Source: an uncultured Gammaproteobacteria bacterium (GTDB lineage: Bacteria > Patescibacteriota > Microgenomatia > Levybacterales > UBA12049). From it: a stretch of 64,000 nucleotides of DNA. Positions 48,464-56,888 of the stretch are shown here, in pieces (the stretch's first letter is position 1; each line of letters opens with the position of its first letter). A program made the translations under genes and the position numbers. The stretch lies in NCBI GenBank assembly GCA_964497535.1, contig CAZCCG010000001.1, positions 2,688 through 66,687 on the forward strand, given 5' to 3'. Below the pieces are notes generated by a model that saw only the letters and a program-made list of their open reading frames with translations, did not search any database and was not told the origin of the DNA.

Positions 48464-48534
48464 TAGGCCCAGAGGGAATCGGACCCCCGTCAAGTGTGTA
48501 TAAGACACCCGCTCTACCATTGAGCTATGGGCCT
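48464..48534 (-). tRNA. tRNA with anticodon TAT (tRNA-Ile-UAU, AUA-decoding)
   Basis: Hand-folded. Perfect 7-bp acceptor AGGCCCA/TGGGCCT, D-arm GCTC-AATGGTA-GAGC, anticodon loop CTTATAC, T-arm GGGGG-TCCGATT-CCCTC. Confidence 0.65.
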
Positions 48535-48584
48535 GGGAACTACGTAATTTTACCAGAGAGAGCTCAAGGAGACAAGCCAGGACT

Positions 48585-48715
48585 CGGTTACCAGTTCTCT
48601 GTTTTCTGTCATCAGATAGAAGTTCGTCAGTTTTCGGTACTTCAGTTTTAACAGATTAACTGAGAACAGATAAACCCGCATCTGATAACTGACAACCAAA
48701 AACCGATAACTGAAG
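48585..48715. repeat. repeat family A, copy 2
   Basis: Diverged copy of the 13645 element. Confidence 0.7.
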
Positions 48716-48724
48716 TTTCTATTC

Positions 48725-51091
48725 TTATAATCGAGCACGTTGTCCTATTTCTGCTTCGACCACGTGTACATCGCGGCCGTATTTGAGGCGGGAAAGCTCT
48801 TTGACGAGCTCGGAGACTCTCAAGTTCATCATAGATTTCTCAACAGCAACATCTTTGGTAGTATCCAGAGAAAAGGGAGGTACCGGTTCTCCCCCCACAA
48901 TAGTACGCACATAACAATTATACTTATCGACATTAATCAAATCTGCTTCGGTAAATACTGGCGTGAATTCATGCTGCAAATAGTTGGCATCAGTCACACC
49001 TACACGGAATGACGCAATCGTACCAACGTTTCCAAAAATAGCGTTTTTGACCTCTTCATCCATTTGTCCGATAAATTGGTTGGCAACAATCAACGACAAA
49101 CGGTATTTTCGGGCTTCAGATAGTATTTGGGCAAAATCAGGAGTCGCAAAGTTTTGAAACTCATCAACATAGAGAAAGAAATCACGCCGCAGCTCTTTGG
49201 CCATTGTCTGCCGGCTCATAGCAGCCACCAAAATCTGCGGTACGATAATAAGACCCAGGAAGTTGGAGTTCTCTTCCCCGATTTTACCTTTTGATAAATC
49301 AATGAGAAGAATTTTTCCCTCATCCATAGCTTTTCGCGCGTTAAACGCGCTTTCCGATTGTCCAATAATATTTCGAATCATTTTGTTGGTAACAAAGCGG
49401 CCGAATTTGGAGACGATATAATCCAACACTTCGGATTTATGAAAATCAGAGGTTTGGGCAATCTGATCTGTCCAGTACCTTCGAATAACCGGATCTTCTA
49501 CTTTTGGCAATAACTCTTGCACAAAGTTTTGATCTGTTAATGCCCGCACTACTTCCATAAATGTCGCGCCCGGTTCATACATACAGGTAAGCATGGCATT
49601 TCGCACTGCGTGTTCAAAACGGGGTCCAATAATACCGGTCTTATTTGGATCAAAGAGCTTGTACATAAGCCCAATGACTGAAGACACTACCAAATGTTTC
49701 TGTTGCTCAGTCTCGCCATAGAGCATGTTCATACCCAATGGCCGCTGTGTATCTGAAGGATCAAAAAGAATGACGTCTTCTGCCCGATTTGGCGGCATCA
49801 GCCGCAATATATCTTCAATCAAATCACCATGAGGATCAATAACAGCCAATCCCTCGCCTGCTTTGATGTCTTGCATAATCATTGATTTCAAAAGCTCTGA
49901 TTTCCCCGTACCGGTCTTTCCAATGATATACATATGCCGCATACGATCCTCTCGTTCAATATATACGGGTTTTGAAACACCTCGAAAGACACTATTTCCC
50001 AAAAAAGTACCGCTTGTTGGCAATTTTGCAGGAGCGGGAGCCCGTTTGGAGTCGACCCAATGAATCCCGGGGGTAGTAACGCTTTTATTGGGTAAGTGGA
50101 ACAATGTTGCTAATTCTTCTGAAGATAAGATACTTTTGCCACCAAACAGGGGCATATACCGATATAAAAAGTCCTGCATAAACATATTTCTGGTAAAAAA
50201 GTATGATTTATGCTTGGTAAATGAATTGAGTCCTTCAAATTGAGCAAATGCACTTCGAATATTATGCAAATGTGCTTCCGCTGCCTCAGTACTGCTGGAG
50301 GAGACAACAATACGAATAACCGATTTAAATCCTGGTTTTGAAGTTTTGTTGTCAACCCCTTCTAATTCTTTTTGGTCTGTCGAGTAACTTGCTTTTTCAG
50401 GATTTGATTCATTCTTTTTAGTCTTGGCGAGATATTTTTTCCCAATTTTTTTCCAGGATGAATCTGCAGGCTCCAACATAATCTGAATTGCAGCCCCCTC
50501 CCCCGGAGACATTTTTGCCAATACTGAAGTTATAGAAGCCAAAGGATCAGTTGGTAAGTCTTTAAAAACCTTGATTGGCAAATAGTTGGATGATTTCAGT
50601 GTTAACGTAATAAAAGCAACCTTCCCTGTTTCAGAAAAAATATTGTATTCATTACCTACAATATTTTCTATTTTTTGCCGGGAATGTTTGGGGTCGACAA
50701 TAGTAATATCTGCCTCAGGATATGCTCCGTTGATTTGTTTTTCTACCAAATCACGATATTTATTGGGAGTATGAACATAGAAGCGGATATCCCCCGGCAT
50801 ACCGACAATTTCAAAAGAAAGTGTCGGCTGAGAACGAAAAAAATCAAGATTACCGGTCCTACGAAGAGATGAAAGGCTGGCAAACATCTGTTCGGCCGCA
50901 TCAATTTTGATCTCGTTATTGCGAGGAACAGCAATCTGCAGAAGTGTTGAGTTAAGCGCGTCTGATTCTCGTCCCCGATTTCTATACCATAACAGCAATA
51001 GACGCCCCAACAGGAACAAGAATCCTGCACCGAATAGAAGTCCCACAAGACTTACTAACAGTACCAAAAGTGATGATGTAATATCTGTCAT
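48725..51091 (-). CDS. membrane-anchored P-loop ATPase, TraG/VirD4/TraD (type-IV coupling protein) or HerA/DUF87-like
   Basis: N-terminal TM helix. MYIIGKTGTGKSELL Walker A, IDPHGDL, Walker-B-like FLYVDEFQNF, RKYRLSLIVANQ. Confidence 0.55.
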   Translation of the reverse strand: MTDITSSLLVLLVSLVGLLFGAGFLFLLGRLLLLWYRNRGRESDALNSTLLQIAVPRNNEIKIDAAEQMFASLSSLRRTGNLDFFRSQPTLSFEIVGMPGDIRFYVHTPNKYRDLVEKQINGAYPEADITIVDPKHSRQKIENIVGNEYNIFSETGKVAFITLTLKSSNYLPIKVFKDLPTDPLASITSVLAKMSPGEGAAIQIMLEPADSSWKKIGKKYLAKTKKNESNPEKASYSTDQKELEGVDNKTSKPGFKSVIRIVVSSSSTEAAEAHLHNIRSAFAQFEGLNSFTKHKSYFFTRNMFMQDFLYRYMPLFGGKSILSSEELATLFHLPNKSVTTPGIHWVDSKRAPAPAKLPTSGTFLGNSVFRGVSKPVYIEREDRMRHMYIIGKTGTGKSELLKSMIMQDIKAGEGLAVIDPHGDLIEDILRLMPPNRAEDVILFDPSDTQRPLGMNMLYGETEQQKHLVVSSVIGLMYKLFDPNKTGIIGPRFEHAVRNAMLTCMYEPGATFMEVVRALTDQNFVQELLPKVEDPVIRRYWTDQIAQTSDFHKSEVLDYIVSKFGRFVTNKMIRNIIGQSESAFNARKAMDEGKILLIDLSKGKIGEENSNFLGLIIVPQILVAAMSRQTMAKELRRDFFLYVDEFQNFATPDFAQILSEARKYRLSLIVANQFIGQMDEEVKNAIFGNVGTIASFRVGVTDANYLQHEFTPVFTEADLINVDKYNCYVRTIVGGEPVPPFSLDTTKDVAVEKSMMNLRVSELVKELSRLKYGRDVHVVEAEIGQRARL

Positions 51092-51097
51092 AGGCAG

Positions 51098-51619
51098 TTA
51101 TGCGGCTTTTTTTTGGGATATATCAAATTGCCGAAATAATTTCCGAATGAGGGTACCCAACCACAATTTAGAATCGGCTGTGTTTCTATCCGTTTTAATC
51201 ACTGTCTCAGCCTGTTGAAGTGTCATGGGAGTAGGAAACGGCATATTCACCAACCCACTTGGCTCTGTGGCAACCGGCGTTACTTCTTTGGCATGGGTTA
51301 ACCCTGCTTGTTTATCATCATAGGTAAGGCTGGGAACTTCATGATTTGGGCTCACCTCTACTCCGGCTTCTTTTACCTCAGGGTGCAATTGAGGCTCTGC
51401 TTCAGATGGCCGAATCAATGACTCCGAAGGTTTGCTGATATCGATAGAAATTGGTGCAGCTTCTTTATTGGAACCCCCTGCTACCCCAACAGGAGCACTT
51501 GGCGCTTGAGGCGTAGCTACCGGCTCTGCCACAGACGCCCCCTGACCAGATGAAGCATTTTGCTGGCTGAGTGGAGCAGTTTGTGATGGTTGCATAGCGG
51601 CTTGGTCAGAAGCATCCAT
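51098..51619 (-). CDS. hypothetical protein with long disordered A/P/S/Q-rich N-terminus and a small C-terminal domain
   Basis: 173 aa, directly upstream of and co-oriented with the ATPase. Confidence 0.45.
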   Translation of the reverse strand: MDASDQAAMQPSQTAPLSQQNASSGQGASVAEPVATPQAPSAPVGVAGGSNKEAAPISIDISKPSESLIRPSEAEPQLHPEVKEAGVEVSPNHEVPSLTYDDKQAGLTHAKEVTPVATEPSGLVNMPFPTPMTLQQAETVIKTDRNTADSKLWLGTLIRKLFRQFDISQKKAA

Positions 51620-51683
51620 ATAGGTTAATCATAGCATGAAAGAAGAATTACAACAAACAAACTGATCGGGTAACAACAAGAGT

Positions 51684-52562
51684 TTATGCAGCTTTCTTTT
51701 CTTCTTTTTTATCTTTTTTCCCTTTGCAGATACACTTATATTCTTTTTTATTCCCTCCACAAACATCACATTTTTCAATCTTTCTTTCCACATTACCAAA
51801 AAGAGCAGGCCCAACAACCAACCGCTGATAGGGTTCTAAAGAAGGAAGACTATGTGATATCTGAGCAGCTTCTGCTTCTTTCAGCTCAAAAAATCGTGCA
51901 CAACTTGCAGCACAATCTGCAACAGTTGGACCCTGATCAACAATAACCATTGTCACATCTACATTTTCTCTACATTGCCGAACAATTTCTCCTACCTGCT
52001 CTTTATGAGCTTCGTCCTTTGGTAACTCTAACAGATTAAATTTGCGGGTCTTTCCCATATCCCATCCTAACACTTCCCCATCTTGATATTCATATGCACC
52101 TTGATAAATATGCCCTCCATCTGCAACTTTTGCTCTGGGCGTATCTGCAAAAAGACTTTCAAAATGATTGTTCTGAATTGTGGGCGCTTCTTCAAACAAT
52201 GATGGCAGTGTATTATAATATTTAACCATTGATTGACTCTCATGATCAGGATGGTCGGATGTTAGAACATTGCGAGGAACACTAATCAGCCTATCAAGTA
52301 CATCCATATTAAGCCCCGGTTGTGCTAAAACTTTTAAATCTCCATTTGCAAATGATGTAGGTTGTGCATAAGGATCTTCAGGGTTTAAGATTCCGGTCAT
52401 CATCTTATCTGTCATTTCATGTGATATATCCCGTGGAAGAGGATAAGAAATATAGGAAATATTATTCCCTTGCTTTTGAATGATCTGAATAAATGCTCCA
52501 TAATCCGGACTCATCGGTTCGGCTTCTTTTATTGGGTTTGGTGCGAATTCTAGTCTTGGCAT
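51684..52562 (-). CDS. hypothetical protein with Cys/Lys-rich C-terminal tail
   Basis: 292 aa ending ...CDVCGGNKKEYKCICKGKKDKKEEKKAA. First gene of the minus-strand operon. Confidence 0.5.
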   Translation of the reverse strand: MPRLEFAPNPIKEAEPMSPDYGAFIQIIQKQGNNISYISYPLPRDISHEMTDKMMTGILNPEDPYAQPTSFANGDLKVLAQPGLNMDVLDRLISVPRNVLTSDHPDHESQSMVKYYNTLPSLFEEAPTIQNNHFESLFADTPRAKVADGGHIYQGAYEYQDGEVLGWDMGKTRKFNLLELPKDEAHKEQVGEIVRQCRENVDVTMVIVDQGPTVADCAASCARFFELKEAEAAQISHSLPSLEPYQRLVVGPALFGNVERKIEKCDVCGGNKKEYKCICKGKKDKKEEKKAA

Positions 52563-52765
52563 AATTAGTTTATGGCGCGTGGCTCGTAGCGTATGGAAAT
52601 TTCTATGTGCTATATCCTATAACCTATGCGCTCCTCTCCTCCTGTTTTTCTGTATATGGACAATTGCGACAATTATTATTACAGCAAAATCCTCTTTTTT
52701 GCAAGAATAATTTAGTAAATACTACCATCCCATTCTCATCGATAGTATACTCTTGTTCATCTCCA

Positions 52766-53365
52766 TTATTCATGGGTTCTCCATTCTATTTCTTTTTTCT
52801 TTTCTCTCATATTTACATAGCGAGCCATGGTAAATAGTACATCTGCCAAACGGTTCAGATATGCGACAATCTGCTCTTCTACCGCTTCTCCTTCAAATAA
52901 ATTAATTACTCTTCGTTCTGCCCTGCGGCAAATAGAGCGGGCCAGATGCACCGACGAACCCGCAACCGAACCGCTGGGCAAAATAAAAGAATGCATTGGC
53001 TTGAGTTTTTCAGTAAGTTCATCAATCGTCTGTTCCAATTCTTTGACACGCTTTTTTAAATATGATGGCAAGGTTTTGTGGATCTCCATTCCCTTGGTCA
53101 CATGAGTATCATGAGGGGTTGCCAACACTGCACCGATTTCAAATAAATCCTTTTGTATCTGATCCAATTCATTTTTGAAGTTCTTCTTATATTTTTGGTT
53201 TTTAACTCTCGAGTTTTGGATTTGTGCACTGGCAAAACCCAATGCGCTATTGAGTTCATCAACAGTCCCAACAGCGTCAATTCGCCCGGAGCTTTTTGAG
53301 ATTCTCTTGCCTCCAAACAGTGATGTTTCTCCCCTGTCTCCAGTACGTGTATAGATTTTACTCAT
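52766..53365 (-). CDS. pduO: PduO-type ATP:cob(I)alamin adenosyltransferase
   Basis: MSKIYTRTGDRGETSL...GRIDAVGTVDELNSALG signature. Confidence 0.85.
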   Translation of the reverse strand: MSKIYTRTGDRGETSLFGGKRISKSSGRIDAVGTVDELNSALGFASAQIQNSRVKNQKYKKNFKNELDQIQKDLFEIGAVLATPHDTHVTKGMEIHKTLPSYLKKRVKELEQTIDELTEKLKPMHSFILPSGSVAGSSVHLARSICRRAERRVINLFEGEAVEEQIVAYLNRLADVLFTMARYVNMREKKKEIEWRTHE

Positions 53366-53864
53366 AAAAAATCCTCCTTGTTTCAGAACCCAAGAAGGAT
53401 GTGCGCACAAAAAAAATCCTGCTCGGGAACATCCACCAGCTGGCGGAAAAAGTATAGTTTTCTGGCTTTCCCTTCAATTCACTCAGGTAAAGGAAAATTT
53501 ATCCTGAGCTTGTCGAAGGACAGTAGCGGCACTGCCATGGATTTGCACCATGATTGCCTATACTTCCAATTTTTTATACTACGCTCTTTCTTTTTTGCAA
53601 TCAATACCCTATAACAAATTGCCTCTGTGAAGTAACTGGAGTATAATAGCTAGATTCAAAGTTGATCAAATCACTATTTGCGATCTGATTTTCTTTGAAA
53701 TCAGTACCTTAACATGTATGGAATAAATACCCTTTTTTCTCGGCAGAGACCACAGGAATGACAGTATCACCGATACTCTTTCTTTGGTCTTTGCTAAGAG
53801 GAGGGCAAAGGAAGAAACGGTAGACAATGCATCCATTACGCAACTCTCATAAGAGAAGGAGCTA

Positions 53865-54023
53865 TGGGTCAACAAGAAATCATCCACTGTGGCCAGTGCG
53901 GGACACCCATTCACATAACTAACCTTAAGCAAGTTCCACGAGCTGAAGGGATAGAGCTGAAATGCCCCGTCTGCCACGGTACACCCATAGTCAAACCCTA
54001 CTGTGAGTCTCGCGACAATTAGG
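53865..54023 (+). CDS. small zinc-ribbon protein (52 aa), absent from the ORF track
   Basis: Strong RBS AGAAGGAG 5 nt before the ATG. MGQQEIIHCGQCGT...CPVCHG, i.e. CxxC...CxxC. Confidence 0.45.
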
Positions 54024-54032
54024 GGAGTCCTG

Positions 54033-54317
54033 ATGGATCAGATTCCACCTCTCTGTGGCATCGAACGATGCAAACCTAGGGGTAGAAAGTTCAAAGTGGT
54101 CGTTATCAACCAGCACGCGCTGGGTGATGAAGCCATCACGAGGGCACTCTCACATCAACAGGGAAACTACAACCATCCTTTGGATATTACATCTCTGCGG
54201 GAACTCAGCAAAGAGAACGCAGAAGCATGGTGCGCCATGATAAATGACGTGCATCAGAAACTGGTAGCCTTCATCACACCGCCCGAGAACAAGAAGACAG
54301 TTGCACAGGAGGCATGA
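54033..54317 (+). CDS. hypothetical protein (high-GC island)
   Basis: MDQIPPLCGIERC..., with RBS GGGGAG. Confidence 0.4.
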   Translation: MDQIPPLCGIERCKPRGRKFKVVVINQHALGDEAITRALSHQQGNYNHPLDITSLRELSKENAEAWCAMINDVHQKLVAFITPPENKKTVAQEA

Positions 54318-54318
54318 T

Positions 54319-55128
54319 ATGCAACTTCTCGATGGGAAAACTGCTCTGATCTTTGGCGTTGCCAACGAGCGTAGTTTGGCCTGGGGCATCGCACAGGCGC
54401 TTGCCGCCCAGGGTGCAATGTTGGCGTTTACTTACGCAGCAGACGCGCTGGAGAAGCGGGTTCGCCCGCTAGCTGCTCAGGTCGGTTCCCACTTCGTCGA
54501 GCGCTGCGACGTTCAAGATGACACCGAGCTGGATACGGTATTCCGTCGCTTCGGCGAAGAATATTATCCACGGCTCGATATCCTTGTTCATGCAGTTGCG
54601 TTTGCAAAGCGAGAAGAACTCGCTGGACGCTACGTAGATACCTCCCGTGAGGGATTCCAATTGGCCCTCGACGTAAGTGCCTACTCCCTGGTGGCACTTG
54701 CTAAACGAGCTGCGCCGCTGATGGCAGGCACCAACCCGAGCATCCTGACGCTGACCTACGACGGCTCGCAACGCACGTATCCCAACTATAACGTGATGGG
54801 AGTGGCAAAAGCCGCTCTTGAGGCGAGTGTGCGATACCTCGCCCGAGATTTGAGCCCGGATGGTATTCGGATCAACGCAATCTCCGCTGGTCCAGTTCGG
54901 ACACTTGCATCATCTGGAATCCGTGGATTCCACTGGATTCTGGATCATGGTGCAGAACGAGCACCGCTACGTCGTAACATCGGACAAAGTGATGTCGGGG
55001 ATGCCGCTGTCTACCTCAGCTCTGACCTGGCCCGTAATGTCACAGGTCACGTGTTGTATGTTGATGCCGGTTCTCACATTGTTGGCGCAGAGCTAGGTGC
55101 CAGCGAGCGGGAAACTGCTGGCGACTAA
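54319..55128 (+). CDS. fabI: enoyl-[acyl-carrier-protein] reductase (NADH), FabI
   Basis: LDGKTALIFGVANERSLAWGIA N-terminus and the Y-x6-K region (YNVMGVAKAALE). ~57% GC. Confidence 0.9.
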   Translation: MQLLDGKTALIFGVANERSLAWGIAQALAAQGAMLAFTYAADALEKRVRPLAAQVGSHFVERCDVQDDTELDTVFRRFGEEYYPRLDILVHAVAFAKREELAGRYVDTSREGFQLALDVSAYSLVALAKRAAPLMAGTNPSILTLTYDGSQRTYPNYNVMGVAKAALEASVRYLARDLSPDGIRINAISAGPVRTLASSGIRGFHWILDHGAERAPLRRNIGQSDVGDAAVYLSSDLARNVTGHVLYVDAGSHIVGAELGASERETAGD

Positions 55129-55462
55129 TCCATTCCACACATCCTATCAGGGCGAGAGGGTGCAATCTTGTACTCTCCGCCCTGTAATTTTTACTTTTCA
55201 GCATTGGTTCGCGTAACGATCCGCGTAGTTCAGCGGTATTTTTGCGTTCTCTCTTCTTTTCCTCTATAATTCCAAACGAAGAATAATTCAGTTCCTTGTA
55301 GACTGTTGTTTTTCGCACATTTACATGTCTGCGCAAAAAAATCTTTGTTACAGAAGCAACGGCTATGGGAAGATAACTCCTTATCTTTCTGTAGGCTTTG
55401 CTTCTTCCTTCTTGGGTGCAACCCAAGAAAAATAACAGAGAAGCACGTCAGAAAGGGAACCC

Positions 55463-55915
55463 ATGAAATACAAAAGGCTTGTGAGTATTGTAGGAAACGG
55501 GATGCTGATGGTGGCGGGTCTTGGGCTTATGACAATCCCCACCAACATGCTGGTAATCATTCTGGGGATATCAGTCTATTCTATCGGAGTACTACAGTTC
55601 ATACAAGCACTTCGGCCCAGACCCCTGGTGAGACACTATGTCACCGACTTTGGTTATCGACTCGAGTTCTACCGACAAGCAGAGCTCTGGATATTTCGAC
55701 TTCAAAGGAAAAGGGGGAACAGACGTTTTAACCAATGGTATACCATCAGTCAATCCAGCTATTCTCCCCCCTTGACTCCCACGGGACTACACAGTCTGTA
55801 CGAACAGATATATAGAGGAGTGGATGCGGGATATGACCTGGAAGCAGGACGCCTCTGGAACCATATGCTGACATACCTGCACGGGCATCAACTCTTGGTA
55901 GGAGAATCTGCGTAA
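55463..55915 (+). CDS. membrane protein, hypothetical (high-GC island)
   Basis: Two N-terminal TM helices. Confidence 0.45.
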   Translation: MKYKRLVSIVGNGMLMVAGLGLMTIPTNMLVIILGISVYSIGVLQFIQALRPRPLVRHYVTDFGYRLEFYRQAELWIFRLQRKRGNRRFNQWYTISQSSYSPPLTPTGLHSLYEQIYRGVDAGYDLEAGRLWNHMLTYLHGHQLLVGESA

Positions 55916-55928
55916 GAAAGGACTGACT

Positions 55929-56531
55929 ATGCGTATCGCAGTCTTGTCTGAGGAACCCATCACTGAGTTCCCCCAGGAGGAGGGATTCGAGTGGACACGC
56001 GTCGGTCTCGACCCAGCAACCTGGTCACCCGGAAAATTCGATTGCTTCGTAGTGAAAAGCCCATACAGGAAACTCTTTATCCAGGAAGTAACCAAGAGGT
56101 GGAAATCCCGGAGCGATTTCCCTGCAGCTCCTTACCTTATGGTGTCACGCCGAGGACGGGTTCCCAAGGATTACCGCGACGGGTTCGACGGGTATGTGGT
56201 AAAACTACAGGAACTTGTAGAGTTTGCAGGAGCCATCAGCGACCGCAAGAGAGACTACGCCAACCGTAACAGAGTAGACACCCGACCTCCGTTGGAGCCT
56301 CCCCCTGTAGGTGAGAATCTATCCTGTTCCGAGTGCGGCCTGCTTCTGCGTACGACCGATCACGAAAAAGAGGGAGAGGACTATACCCCGTTCGTAGAAG
56401 AACGAACCCGGGGATGGGAAATCCCTTGTCCGGGATGCCACAACCCCCTGCGTATCTACGAATCGGTTACTGGACCCATACCCGAGTGGCAACCCCTCGT
56501 GGATGAGGCAGACTTGGGACGAGGCGTCTAG
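55929..56531 (+). CDS. hypothetical protein with C-terminal zinc ribbon
   Basis: CSECG...CPGCHNP. Confidence 0.5.
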   Translation: MRIAVLSEEPITEFPQEEGFEWTRVGLDPATWSPGKFDCFVVKSPYRKLFIQEVTKRWKSRSDFPAAPYLMVSRRGRVPKDYRDGFDGYVVKLQELVEFAGAISDRKRDYANRNRVDTRPPLEPPPVGENLSCSECGLLLRTTDHEKEGEDYTPFVEERTRGWEIPCPGCHNPLRIYESVTGPIPEWQPLVDEADLGRGV

Positions 56532-56556
56532 TACCACGCGCAGACACACCACACCA

Positions 56557-56583
56557 GGGCGGTCGAGTCTGACTCGACCGCCC
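56557..56583. repeat. GC-rich palindromic hairpin GGTCGAGTCTGACTCGACC (family shared with 662-686 and 63894-63917)
   Basis: gggcggtcgagtctgactcgaccgccc. Confidence 0.8.
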
Positions 56584-56629
56584 CCAAACATCCTCTACTA
56601 AATGCACCCATTGAAAGCTAAAATATGAA

Positions 56630-56762
56630 GTTCGGTTATCGGTTCTCAGTCTTCGGTTTTCAGATAAAGGTTCTTCAGTTTTCTGTTTATCAGTTAGAAC
56701 CGAAAGACCGATCACTGGTAAACTTCGCTCCGACAACTGACAACAGAGAACTGATAAGTGGA
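56630..56762. repeat. repeat family A, copy 3
   Basis: ttcggttatcggttctcagtcttcggttttc...gacaacagagaactgataagtgg. Confidence 0.8.
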
Positions 56763-56827
56763 ATAGATCCGCGTAAATCCGCTCTAAATCCGTGAAAATC
56801 AATTGAGGTATTGAAGAAATTGAACTA

Positions 56828-56869
56828 TACGCCACCAGCCTCGCCAGACGCGAGTCTAGGCGGGAACGC
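56828..56869. repeat. 42-bp inverted repeat, left copy (partner at 59806-59851) flanking nrdJ-nrdR
   Basis: tacgccaccagcctcgccagacgcgagtctaggcgggaacgc. Confidence 0.9.
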
Positions 56870-56888
56870 TTCTAACTAAACACTCCGG

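Noticed and set aside
53400-53660. AT-rich 260-bp gap upstream of pduO, considered as a possible small RNA
   Set aside because: No stable conserved structure recognisable by eye. More likely the promoter region and the island junction.
53666-53977. 103-aa minus-strand ORF at the island's left edge
   Set aside because: Poor composition and no RBS. The opposite strand has a strong RBS plus a zinc-ribbon small ORF.
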